Source of the DNA: Botryllus schlosseri | Taxonomy: Eukaryota | Length of the DNA stretch: 64,000 bases | Direction of reading: 5' to 3' | NCBI GenBank assembly: GCA_051294905.1 | Contig: CM119372.1 | Coordinates: forward strand, 5,768,001 to 5,832,000 | In this document: in pieces, positions 26,801-38,953 of the stretch | Numbering within the stretch: position 1 is the first letter of the stretch | Layout of the letters: every line of letters starts with the position of its first letter | The notes under the pieces: model-generated | Told to the model about the DNA's origin: nothing | The model's input: the letters and a program-made list of their open reading frames with translations, nothing else | The model's database searches: none | Program-made: the position numbers and the translations under genes

Positions 26801-29800
26801 GAATTTCACAGCTATTACCTGCGAGACATCTCCGAACTTACCGAACGGAGAGATAGCAGACGGGTGCAAAAGTGGAAGTCTAATATTCACGACATGTCCA
26901 GCAACCTGTAATAATGGATACTACATCGGAGGGAATGAGGAGGTCCAATGTGTTTACGTACCTGGATCCAATGATACAAAAAATGTAGGCGAATGGAACT
27001 ACGGCGGCACAACGTGTACAGGTAACCAATATACAAGCAATAGAATTCGGAATATTTTATTCAATATAATCCATAATCCCCTCCTACGTGTTCGAAGACT
27101 GTCCATATGATCCTTATCGCTATCCAATCCACTTTAAAATGTTCTTACAAAAATCCAATAGAACGAACTGGGCCCAGCTGTACGTTGGAATCTCAGAAAT
27201 CATAGTAAGCGATATCGATCCACCAGGTATAACATATCCACTGTCCATATATGTCCATGTCCATACACCACAAATACTAAACCACAACTACGCCATCGTG
27301 GCTTATTCCACAAAATTATAGAGCCGAAGAAAATCTATGCATATAATATTTTGAAAAAATAATGAATGCTTGGTTTTTCTATATCTGCAAGCCTGCCTGA
27401 TATTGATTCCGCACGAACGCGTTTGAAAGTAGGATCAACTCGTCGGCATTCACTTCCGAACGCAAAATATTACTTCGGATTTACCAAATATTGATTTGGA
27501 CATCCCCGTTCGCTATTTAGCGTGCATATGTTGAAGGCCATCGAGTCTGACTGACGCTAAATTCGGCATTCATTCGATACCCGTGTATAGGACACTCATG
27601 AGTTGAATGTTTTCAAAATGTTCATGAACGTAAAATCATGCAACGACATGGTGCTTCGAGTGATTGGAAATTTAATTACTCAATTTAGAGCGATATGTGG
27701 GGAAGTGGGGAATTTCCCAAATACCTATATTGGTAATAAATGGTAGTAATTAGGAATATTGTGAACGTGAGGTTCATCTTCTCGTTCTGGTTGTGAACCT
27801 CAATAATTTAGAATAATTCACGTTCACAACAGAACCTCGGTAGGTTCTGCACTGTGAACCTTTTTCATATATTACAGTTTTCACTTCATTATAACATCTT
27901 TGCATGAAATTTATTGCATTTCAACTGCGGCCACTCTATGCATGGTGCTGGTAGCATAAAAACCAACACCAAACAAGCATGCACCTTGACAATCCCAAAG
28001 ATTTTACTTGATTTGTTGCAAAAGTTTGCTCGAAATATCCAGATTTCCGCTTGTGAATATCTAGTGACTCTCTGCTGTGAGATGGACCTGCAATCACACA
28101 TCATCAGGAGCAAAATACACTACATGTAGTGTCAGCGAATTAGGCTTATTCAATCCATCAATCGAATTGATATAGTTTTCTGATGTAAAAAAAAATCTAG
28201 CCGGGTACGGGTTCAATCTTGACCTCATATGTTTATTGTATCTTAAAAGCCAAATCCGTGCGATTGGGCTGCTGGCTACTGCTGTATAACTTGTTGATGG
28301 CGTAATATCGGTCACAAGTATAGAAACAATGTACACTCTGCTCAATATCAACGTAGCAATACCCAGACGCCGAATACATTGTCCTGTCTGGCCTAGAACG
28401 TCGGGGCGTAAGCTTATATCCTCTTGCCAGTCGTCGTCGAAATTGTTGGCAGAGCGAAGGAAGATATTGATTTTATGGGATTATTATATTATTGGATTGC
28501 CTCAGTTGATACATTTGGCAACGTTTAAAACGTCAATATGTACTTCAGCATTGTGGCATTATGTGGCCCGAGACGTCGCTAGGTATAGTGTACTGTGCAG
28601 TGTACATCAGAGGTCTCAAACTCAGATGTGCTCGCGGGCTAGTTTTCCAGTTTTGACGACGCCGCGGGCCGCAGAATTTTTTATAGGTATTCTATGTCTT
28701 TCCAAGTAGGCCTTATTTGGTGGGAATGAATTGTCCTATTGAAAGTGAGCCGATCCAGCAGACTAGCAGTAAACACACATCGTCAAAATGTGATTTACTC
28801 TTGTATCAATTTAGGCATGGCACGAAAAGAATCATCACATTTATAGTTTATACCTATTTGAATAGAATTGTTGTTGTACTTAATATATATTAATTATAAG
28901 ATATAGACACCATATGGGTGGACAAAGTATGATGCCATCATAAAAGCTATCGGGTTATAATTTTGCAGCTACTATGAATATTTTGAATTTAACAGATTGA
29001 TAATAGAGACTGATCCTGGTATCAAAACATTTTTAGGTTGAGCATTGTAATTCCAATCCAGGATTCGGGTATACTTCTGATAAGTAGGCCTAGGCTATTT
29101 ATTAATCTTAAGGCCAAATATCTTCAAATAATATAAATATATTAACGAATGTGTCCTAGTGATTGAAATGTCGGAACGCCGGACGGCCCATTGTTGTTAC
29201 ATCTATGGAGCGTACCATTGCCTTTAAGTAACCTTACATAATAACATGGTTTAACGAACAAAAATGTATAACTAACAGATTGCCAATGGTTTCCATAACT
29301 ACTTGCTAAGATAACGAAATACCAAGCTGCGACCTTCTCATCTATTACTGTTCCCCTGATACGCGATTAGTTGTGTTGCGTCCATGGTTCTAACAAATTC
29401 ACGGCATTCCGAGTCACTCCGAGTTCAGTCGAGTCATTTTCATTTTGCCATCGAGTTAGCCCGAGTCTGAGTATTTCTAAGAAAGCTCGCGTCCGAGTCA
29501 AACTCACAAATTTCAGTCACGAATCGTCTAAGGGTCAGGTTTTGTCATCATGAATTGGAGATGTGACGAAATAGTGAATCTTCCACTGCATGGTAGCGCT
29601 TGCATTTGATTTGATAGTGAAGTTTGATGAATAGTTCCAGGCTTTCGGAGCAATATAAGAGGGAATTTTCACTTTATATTGTCAAAATAATAAAAATCTA
29701 AAATGTCGTCGCGGGCCTCGTGTTTGAGACCTCTGGGTACATTGATATAGCCTATCACTTCAGTGAAATGTTGGGTTGGAATTAGCAATATGACGTCACT

Positions 29801-32673
29801 TGACGTCATGAGGTTCACACCATCCCTAGTAGTAATGTCAGTACAGCGTGCCTCATAATCTGTAACTACGGGTATCATCGAGGGGACAAATACATGCCAA
29901 CATGCAGTGTTTGCGACTAGGCGAGTAGTACAAATACTGCTGGAAAATGAGATGCTGATACTACATTAAACATATTAGTTGTTGTCTAATTCTACGCAGT
30001 AAATAGATATTACATGAAACCGAGTATTGTTATTTTTCAAAATATTTGTTTTAACGACATGGGTAAATATTGATAAGATTCATTGAAGACTTGACTACCA
30101 ACTGATATGTTATTTTTATTCCTCAATTTTTAATTTCACGTTTGTTGAGATCGTGATATTTCGATGTCCTTACATTTATATATAGAGATCAGAGAATTCG
30201 CAATATTTTATTTAATAGAAAATAAATTTCACAGCCATTACCTGCGAAACATCTCCGAATGTACTGAACGGGATCATAGCGGATGGATGTGGTAGTGGTA
30301 GTCTCTTAAATACAACATGTACAGTAACTTGTAATGATGGTTACTATATTAGCGGGGAAGAAGAGGTCACGTGTATCGATACCCCTGGATCAAATGATAC
30401 AAACAGTGAAGGAGAATGGGACTACGGCGGCACAATGTGTACAGGTATCCTACAAACAATGAAAAGTCGCATTGTTTTATTCAATATATAATCAATTCCA
30501 CAGCCATTACTTGCGAAACATCACCGAATGTACTGAATGGGACCGTATCGAATGGATGTGGTAGTGGAAGTCTCGTAGATACGACATGTACAGTAACTTG
30601 CAATGATGGCTACTATATTAGCGGAGATGAAAAGGTTACGTGTATCGATACGCCTGGATCAGATGATACTAACAGCGAAGGAGAATGGAACTACGGCGGC
30701 ACAATGTGTACAGGTAGCCTACAAACAATGGAGAAGTCGCACTACTTCATTCAATATATAATCAATTCCACAGCCATTACCTGCGAAACATCACCGAATG
30801 TACTGAATGGGACCATATCGAATGGATGTGGTAGTGGAAGTCTCGTAGATACGACATGTATAGTAACTTGCAATGATGGCTACTATATTAGCGGGGATGA
30901 AAAGGTTACGTGTATCGATACGCCTGGATCAGATGATAATAACAGCGAAGGAGAATGGGACTACGGTGGCACAACATGTACAGGTAGCAAGCACAATTGA
31001 TTAGTTATTTTGATGTTGCTATAATCAGAGTACTATGTTCACTATTCTCGGTGTACTGAAATAATAGTTATAAAATGAATTCTACAGCCATTACATGCGA
31101 TACATCTCCGTTCGTTTCGAACGGGATTATAGGAGATGGATGTGACAATGGTAGTTCCCTAGATGTAGCATGCCCAATAACCTGTAATAATGGTTACTAT
31201 ATTAGCGGGGATGAAGAGGTGACGTGTGTCGATAAACTTAAATCAGATGATACGAACAGTGAAGGAGAATGGGACTACGGTGGCACACATTGTACAGGTA
31301 AAATCTTAATTATAAACACGACATGGGGGTATGGTTCTCCTCATACTTGCTTATATTCTGTCCAATTGTACCGGTGTTATATTGTATTTGAAATATTACA
31401 CTGTGGCTGTTTGCGTGTTTTGAAATATATACAGAATGTCCGAGTACAAACTTCAGGTCATATAAAGCCATTGACACTTTCGAATTCCGAATTTCGAACG
31501 CCGACCAATAAAAGAGTTGGAAATTTTAATAACGGTCAGATATTGCCTCACACACAATCATATAGTCGGAAATGACGAGCAATAAAGACCGCCACATTCG
31601 CCGCCTTAGTGTGAAGATTCATTTGCATTTGCAAATAGACTGGAAGACGAAAAACTTCGTCCCACGCTAAGTTGCTGCTATTGATACAGACATGGTATCG
31701 TATATACGACAACCTAAATAGTCTGTAAATAACATTCATTAAAGTAAGTTTTCCCCCCATGCTTAATGAACGCGGTGACCTCCCATGCAGGCGATATGTA
31801 TGACAAGAAATCATGTTTGTGCGTGTATGATATTAGTTCTTTTGGGATTGTATGCACTCATATTTCAAGAATATATACAGGCCAATGTGACTTTGAATTG
31901 AATGGCCGACGTCCGAAACAATGCTCAAAATACACTATTTGTTGTACAATTATGGCCCATTATTTGGGATCGTAAATTCTATTATCTCGAAGATGTACCC
32001 GAAGATCGATTCAGGCATGCGTGGTAGCCAATACCGACCACAGTCAGCCAGGTTATTATGACCGCAGTCATAAGGGGGCGCGAAAGCGGATTTATCCGCA
32101 ATATATCCGCTAATGGAATTAAACATATAGATAACGTAAAATGAAATCGTAATCTAGTAAATAAATGCACATTAAGCAATAAAATGTGACTCAGAATCAC
32201 GAGTAATATTCGATTTTAACGGGATTCGACTGTATATATCTTATTTTATTTAGGTCCTGGCAAGTCTTACGCATGGATTGCTGCGATTATAGTACCCATT
32301 GCCCTCATCGCGATTACGCTGATTGGATATTATTTCTTTGGAAGGTATAGCCGATATCTGACTATGTTACCGAATAAGTTCGCACGCATCTATCGCAAAT
32401 TTATTATTCTTGCCCGCCATTGCAGATCGACGCAGGGATCTCGAAAGAAAAGTAACGGTGGAAAGCAGGCCGGTGTGATTGGTTTGGACACGACATATGG
32501 TATTATATATATACTTTATCCGCTACAAACTGTAACCGAATTTATTAAACCAATTAACAGAAAATGTGCAGCGTGGTGACCTGTATGAAACCGTAATACA
32601 CGAAGACAAGTATGAAAACGTAATAGACGAAGACAAGTATGAAACCGTAATAGACGAAGACAACATCAGCTGA
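23886..32673 (+). CDS. Type-I membrane receptor: signal peptide, five six-Cys Sushi/CCP domains, TM, tail with four YE[N/T]V motifs (about 463 aa)
   Basis: Leader exon 23886-23949 (MNLTRCIIIATVLVACGEWNA, G|GTACGT). 210-nt phase-1 Sushi exons at 26812-27021, 30235-30444, 30504-30713, 30774-30983, 31088-31297. TM exon 32254-32344 (SYAWIAAIIVPIALIAITLIGYYFF). Tail exons 32426-32499 and 32561-32673. All junctions are GT-AG with compatible phases; the summed length of 1392 nt is an open frame ending in TGA. Confidence 0.88.
25661..25824 (+). pseudogene. Decayed Sushi exon in intron 1 of the five-Sushi gene
   Basis: Aligns by eye to the intact exons (TTCSVTCNDGYYISG..PGSNDTN). It has lost the acceptor AG, has Cys1->Gly and indels, and is cut off by a repeat starting ATGATTGTCGG (also seen near 36980). 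Confidence 0.85.
25825..26778. mobile_element. Non-autonomous DNA element (GTACACCC family), right part
   Basis: Colinear with about 36980-39031 and 50928-52478; ends in GTACACCCGGTTGAAGAACCCTG. Confidence 0.7.
27751..29828. mobile_element. hAT-type MITE (TAGGGATGG family, reverse orientation) with nested MITE 28608-29735
   Basis: Perfect 8-bp TSD GTAGTAAT; reverse complement of 44539-45453; the nested element has TIR CAGAGGTCTCAAAC..GTTTGAGACCTCTG. Confidence 0.85.
30235..30983 (+). repeat. Tandem ~270-bp exon-plus-intron duplication
   Basis: Three Sushi exons with homologous 59- and 60-nt introns; exons 30504 and 30774 differ at 9 of 210 nt by hand count. Confidence 0.95.
32583..32663 (+). 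repeat. Coding tandem repeat, 3 x 27 nt
   Basis: gtatgaaa(c/a)cgtaata(c/g)acgaagacaa x3, encoding YE[T/N]VI[H/D]EDK. Confidence 0.95.
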
Positions 32674-35600
32674 TGCTATAGCAATGTGTGTGTATCTTGT
32701 CACCGACTTCATCAAGTGGCTCCCTAAGTCCGGCATTCAATGGTGTGCTCTTCATATCCCACCACGGCTCATGAAACATGATATTATATGACGCTATACA
32801 ATACAGTTACAGTGTTATAAGTGAATAGTATATTTATATTGAAATGAACCCGATTCAACCCGTTTCAATATGAATATACTATTTAATTGTATATTGAAGT
32901 TCTATACCTCCAAGAAGCTCTTCAAGTGTTATAAGCCTTGACGTGCTGCGATATCTCTTCCGCAATAGCCTAGTTTCGCTTTCTTTTTCTATACTGTCTT
33001 CTTTACTTTCCTTCAGTGTGCATGCCTCCTCTTTACATCGCCTAGGCCAAGGTGGGTGTCTGATTCCATAGACAAATCCAAGTCGCTTCGACATCTTCCT
33101 GTCTATTCATTGTATCGCATTTTTGTGGTGTATCGAACTGATAAAATTGCGAATGAACCAATGATGATGATGGTGATGATGAATTATGATACTCGCTATC
33201 CTCCCAGATCCGTGTTGAGCAAGCTTATAGGCTACACGCTTTTCTTCCTCGGACATGATTAGTGCGGAATCATGATTTGAATGGATTGTGGATATCGAGA
33301 ATCTATACTGTGTTTAACATTTGTATTACAGCTATGTTTTTAAATCTATACGTTATAATTCAAAGGAGTAAAATTCTCAGTTAACCTAATAGACCCAATA
33401 GGAAGGAGAATGATTTTTTTTTCAGAAAGTGCCATAAGTCTTGTTGTTTGTGGTTAGGTTCAGAGCTGTAATCATCCTTCATTGTACCATATAGACAGGC
33501 AGGGAAGTCAGATTTGAGCTCGAAAAATAGTACAATTTATCTAGTGTTGATTTGTCCTTTGTCGTGTGTCCATCCCGTCCAATTTAAGCCTCCCAGTCTG
33601 GTTAGTGGTTTGGATGCAGTTAGTGAACTGATATAATTGTCGCGGTGGATGCCAGCTTAAAAGATATAGGCCATATATACTATGGGTATATATAGATATA
33701 GCCTATATATAGAAAAAGGCCATATATACTTGAATGTATGAACAATAAACATCTCTGGTCCGATCGGTTTCATTTGTTTTTATGTAAGTTCGATTTCATA
33801 CTCATCCCATAGATAGAGCTTGCAAATTAGCGATCCGTATACGAGATTATGCCAGGATAATTACAATCGTGAGTTTCCGCGCTACACATACACGCTTTAT
33901 TTCCAGGATATTTCAAGCTCTATACAAATCTTTTAAATGTAATACAAAAATCAATATTCGCAGCGAAGTGAAAGCTCGAACCGCGATGCGTAATCAGTAG
34001 GGCGATTTTTCTAACCTAAAATACGGAAGATTTTGACCTAAAAATCAAAACTTTGACATTTTTTGGCCTTAAAAAACTATATTTTGATCAAATTTTGACT
34101 CCTTGTATGTAAATTAGGTGTTATTTTCCCACTTGGTATTGGAATTGTACTAGTTATCTTCATTTCTGGTTGCAACTGTCAGTCCTTACGAAGTAGTTTG
34201 GCCTATGGAAAAACGTTTTGGACTTTAAAACTGAAAATTTTTGCACGAAAAAACTATATTTTCACGAAATCTGGACCTATGAAGAATTCCAGTAGTTACA
34301 TCACGCATTATGGTAGAAATACTAAAAATTTGTTGTAATACAACGAAAGATACTTTCTTACATTCTCAGGTAAAAATTGTATGTCGTTACTAAGTAGCTT
34401 GTCAGTTAGTATATTGCGGTACGTTGAGCATAACATCAAGTCAGCCTATTTGTTTCATTTGCCCGTTTATGATTCACAATGAGCAGACAATGTGGCGTCT
34501 ACATCGGTAGGCCTATAAAGTAGGCTACAAGCTGTAAAATGTCAGGTGATAAGTTCATCCATAGCCTTTATATAGGCCGTGGTTCATCGACAGTGCAAAC
34601 ATTTATGATCCAAATGAAATGCGGGTAGCAAAAAGAAAATTTACTTTGTAAACAAATTTGACAGTTTTTTGTCCTAAGGCTACAATTTTAACAAAATATT
34701 GACTTATGTCAAACAAAAAACGCCTTAGTAATCAAAGTCTCTTGTTGGCAATGCTTGGCTATGATTACGATACGTCCTCTTTGAGGAGGATTTGTCCTCT
34801 TTTTTGACTTTTTTGGAAAGTGTTCTCAGAGGACGCCTAAAAGTCCTCTTTCCTGATAATTTGTCCCATTTTTTGAAAATTATGGTTAAATGTAGGTGAA
34901 AATTCGACTGAGATACACGAAACCAGTACTCAAGTAACGTTCCGGCGGGTATTGGTAGAGTCGAGTCGCAAAGTTGACTTTTATTTATTTTTTGTCAAAA
35001 AGTGTCGTCTTTTCAGGTTCCCAAAATATGGTAACCTTACTTGGCTTACTTTTACCTAACTATACTCGTGAGTAACTGTGTGCAATACATGCATATGTAT
35101 GTAACTCGCATCATACGAACAACTCGGAATATAGCTGCATTGCCGGACTAGTATGTTTGACGAACACATGTATGGACGAATAATTATGTGTTCGAAATTA
35201 CTAATTTACCGCTATTCATTTGCATAGAATGGATTTTCTTGTTTCTGCTTATACTCAAGTAATTTGTTTGACTGCCCTGGACAAACATCATTTGTACAGA
35301 AAAGCGAAATATTCTACAGCAAGGGTAACCAACCTTTTGGAAACCAAGACCTACTTCTTGGGAACTGAATAATGCGACGGGCTACCAGTTACTCCAGCCG
35401 CTGAAACCCTTCTCCGCTTCGATTTTCAAAACTCTTTCATTTTAATATTTACTGCTTCCACCGCGTACGATTCAGTTGGCTCTTGCGGGTTACCGGTGGG
35501 CGTGGTCACCGTGTTGGTGACCCCTGTGCTACAGCTTGATACACTTCGCCAACTACCGCAATCGAGTATGTTCGCCATGTCTGCCAAAATACCAATATTC

Positions 35601-37662
35601 ACCCTTGAAAATTATAAAGACGGAGTTAAATGCAAGGGGTCGCTGTCCAAACGGGAGTGAGGGGAATTTGATGCGATACCAGAAGAATATCCAATATTCG
35701 GTTGAACATGCTGACGTTTGACAGGAGCTGTTTAGGCCTATATTGCAGTCAAAGCATTCATAAATATGATACAGACAGTTGACAGTTGCGCTAAGCCGAT
35801 TCGACTAAGTAAAGTCAATATAGTAGTAGTTTTTAGTAGTAGTTTAGTAGTAGTAGTAGTTTCAAAATATTTTTTTCTTCATAAGCTATTCTTCCATGTC
35901 CATCATCACTATTCCTCATAAGCTGAGTGGGCAACAGCATTCCATCGAGGGAGAATCAGCTGATATGAATGTGCGATGTAGGCCTATATACTGCCTGACT
36001 CAGACCCAGACACTGCCAAGACCAAGACGCTTGGAAAACGGCTTATTAGGGCTTCCGCGCAAGATCAAGCCTTACGAGGAGATAGTCTTCACCGTGTCTT
36101 GCTATCCCCAATATGGATTCCTTAGTCGCTGAAAAGCGTTATCATGTATGTGTACAGCTCATAGTTCAAAATAAAAGGAACGTAAGGTCATGATATGTTG
36201 GTTGCATTGGTATTTCTATAATATAATATTACTTGTTTTGTTGTAACTACGGCCATCGCCCATGTTAGATAGCACAGCGTTGTATCGACGTAAAGCTTCA
36301 AAAACGTGGTGGCTAAAATGTGTAGCCTGTTTTGTCTCGATATTGCTTTCTCGTGGCCCGCGATCCGTTTTGAGTTGGCGAACCCTGCTGTATAAAGTCA
36401 GGATTTTCTCTAGGTTACCACTTTTTCCTGCATTTTCGAAGGTATCGAACATTCTCAGCCCGTATAAAAACGTCAGATATATAGATCTGTCGGTAGATAT
36501 ACTTCAACCATCATGTGTAGGGTTGCATTTGAAACAAATGGTTGTTTAAAACACTTCGTTCAAAACATGTTAGTGTAAATACTTTCCAAAAACGTGTTGC
36601 ACGAGCCTACGTGGTGCTCTGTGCCGTCACTGATCTCTTGAGGTATACCTTGGCGTATAAAAGTTTGTAATTGTAGAAGAAGAACAACCCCGTAGGTTTA
36701 CTCTACATAATATATGCACCAAAGTCGCGAGTATAAATGTCAGGAAAATATATAGTGGAACTAGACTTTTTAAGTCCTTGTATGAGATTCGTCAACAATG
36801 TAGGTAGTTTCACATATTACTGTCATAATTTTATTCATTCTCCCCAACGTGTCCATATTAACCTGTAGAGCTGATGGACGGTGTCTTGGAAAATGTGGGT
36901 ACAATATTAATGATGATGCATCTTCTGATTTTCATTAATCATTTTGCTGCATGGTGTTATTATTCCTTGACCTCCCATCATGATTGTCGATATAGTCTAA
37001 ATATACTGGAATCGCCCAAACATATCAGAAAAACCGTCATTCGTGAGAATCACACAATTCTAACTTGGTATGTTATTATGGGACGGATCATCTTCCTGTG
37101 CGGTTCGCATTTGTACGGCGAGGCTCAGATTGCAATAACACTATTACGTTAAAAACAAAAAATCCAAGTCACCCTGAATCGTGCTAAGCGTGAAGAAAAT
37201 TTTTCGGTTGAATTAGAATCTCTCAAAGATTTGGGAACTAATTCGTAAATTCATATTGGCGGCCGTCAACACACGCTTATTAAAATATGCAATATGCCGC
37301 ATAATTATGGCATCACGACTGCATGCGACCGTAGGCCTACGTCCGCAGTTTGGACACCCCTGGCCTAATCGAAATGAGGATTAGGAAGACTGTAACGTAT
37401 AGGATATGCTAAATCGTAAGCATAGGGCTCGAGGTCACCGGATCACCATCTAACACAGTAGTTCTCGAACTAGACCCCCGAGACCCCCTGCCTACGTCCG
37501 CATCACAAAAGGAATGTAATATACAAGCTGCATACAGTTGATATGAACATTGTACGAAATTGCATAACCGGTCGGTCAACCCGTTCTGAATCATAAACTG
37601 GCGTATTTATTATGATAAATAGTCATCGGTTCATTCCAATACTGATCGCCTATACACTAGGG

Positions 37663-38953
37663 CAGCGGTTCTCAACCGGGGGTCCGCGGACACCTAGGGG
37701 TCCGCGAAGCAATTTCAGGGGGCCCGCGAGACCTCTAAATTTTTAAAATGGTTGATAACCTAATTTTTATTTTATTTTTTAAGAAAGCATGAGGCAGTTT
37801 CGCACCACAACTGCTAAAACCTCATGACTCATATCATCATAATAATCGTCTGACATGAACTATCGTAGTGTTGAAAATCATTTTCATTGGCAATTTTTCA
37901 ATAACCTACTGTTACGAACATATTGCTGTTTAGAGACGTTTTGTTTGGGTTTGTGGAAAAAATAAAAATATGGAGATAACGTCAATCAGGGTAACTTCGT
38001 AATGTCTGCGAAAACTTCTCGATGCGAAGTTGTCAGTCTCATAAAATTAGTGAACAGTCGTTTGAAATAAAAATTTCTGAAGTATTTCCCTAATTTGTCC
38101 CAATGCAGGGATTGAAACCTCGCCACGAAATCCATTTTATCCTGTGATATACATAACCACTATTTGAACTGCTTCTTGGAGGTACAGAACTTCAATATAC
38201 AATTGAATAGTATATTCATATTGAAATCAACCCGAGTATTTTCGGTTGACACTCGTCATAAATCATACAATGATATACCTGCCCTTAAAGCTCGGCTATC
38301 GGATTTGGCACATTCTTTTTGCGGATTCCCTATCAACAAGGCTGTTTTTTATGAACATAACAAGTCGTTTCCTGACAGCCTTTCACAGGTTGGAAAACTT
38401 GGATCCATTCTTTGGCGCATAAAATTTGTCTATAATTTTAGATTAGGATTTCACTTTGACGGTAGAAACTCTCTGCGGCTCGTGATCCGTGTGTTACCCG
38501 TCCCTGCGCTAGATGCTGGACGTGATATGTTCATAAAATATATGTTTCTTCATTTTGGTGCCATAAATATATTGCGAGCACACCAAAATTATCGTCGGAA
38601 GCGTTATGCGTTAATATTGCATTAGCCTCCATCTATCTTTGCGGAAATGGTTTTCGGCACTCCTCGTTCATATCAAAACTATGACGCGGATTTTCAAGAC
38701 ACGACCACGTACTTCAAGAATTACAGCAGCAGAATTAGCTTTGAAATAATAAAAGTCTACCAATTTCAACATAAATGGTATGAGGTTATTTTCAAGAAAG
38801 ATCATTATTTTGCTGTTTATCACAAGCCTTTGCACAAGGCAGATGAAGTTTGTACCATAATAGAGCTAAAATTTAACTAAAACTTGAGGGGGTCCGCGAG
38901 GGTCCGTGACGGTCAAAAGGGGTCCGCTAAGCCAAATAGGTTGAGAACCACTA
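37663..38953. mobile_element. hAT-type MITE (GGGGTCCGCG family) nested in a GTACACCC-family element
   Basis: Same TIRs as, and high similarity to, 20649-22306. Confidence 0.88.

Noticed and set aside
27208..27260. DIDPPGITYP resembles the start of a HYR domain as found after Sushi domains in SRPX/SVEP1
   Set aside because: No acceptor site, the Cys is missing, there is no downstream HYR similarity, and it lies in TCCA-rich intronic sequence.
32583..32663. Short direct repeats as a CRISPR-like array
   Set aside because: No spacers, eukaryotic context, and the repeats are in-frame coding sequence.
38164..38880. 153-aa and 77-aa ORFs inside the MITE
   Set aside because: The frames are not preserved in the sister copy at 20649-22306, and there are no protein motifs.
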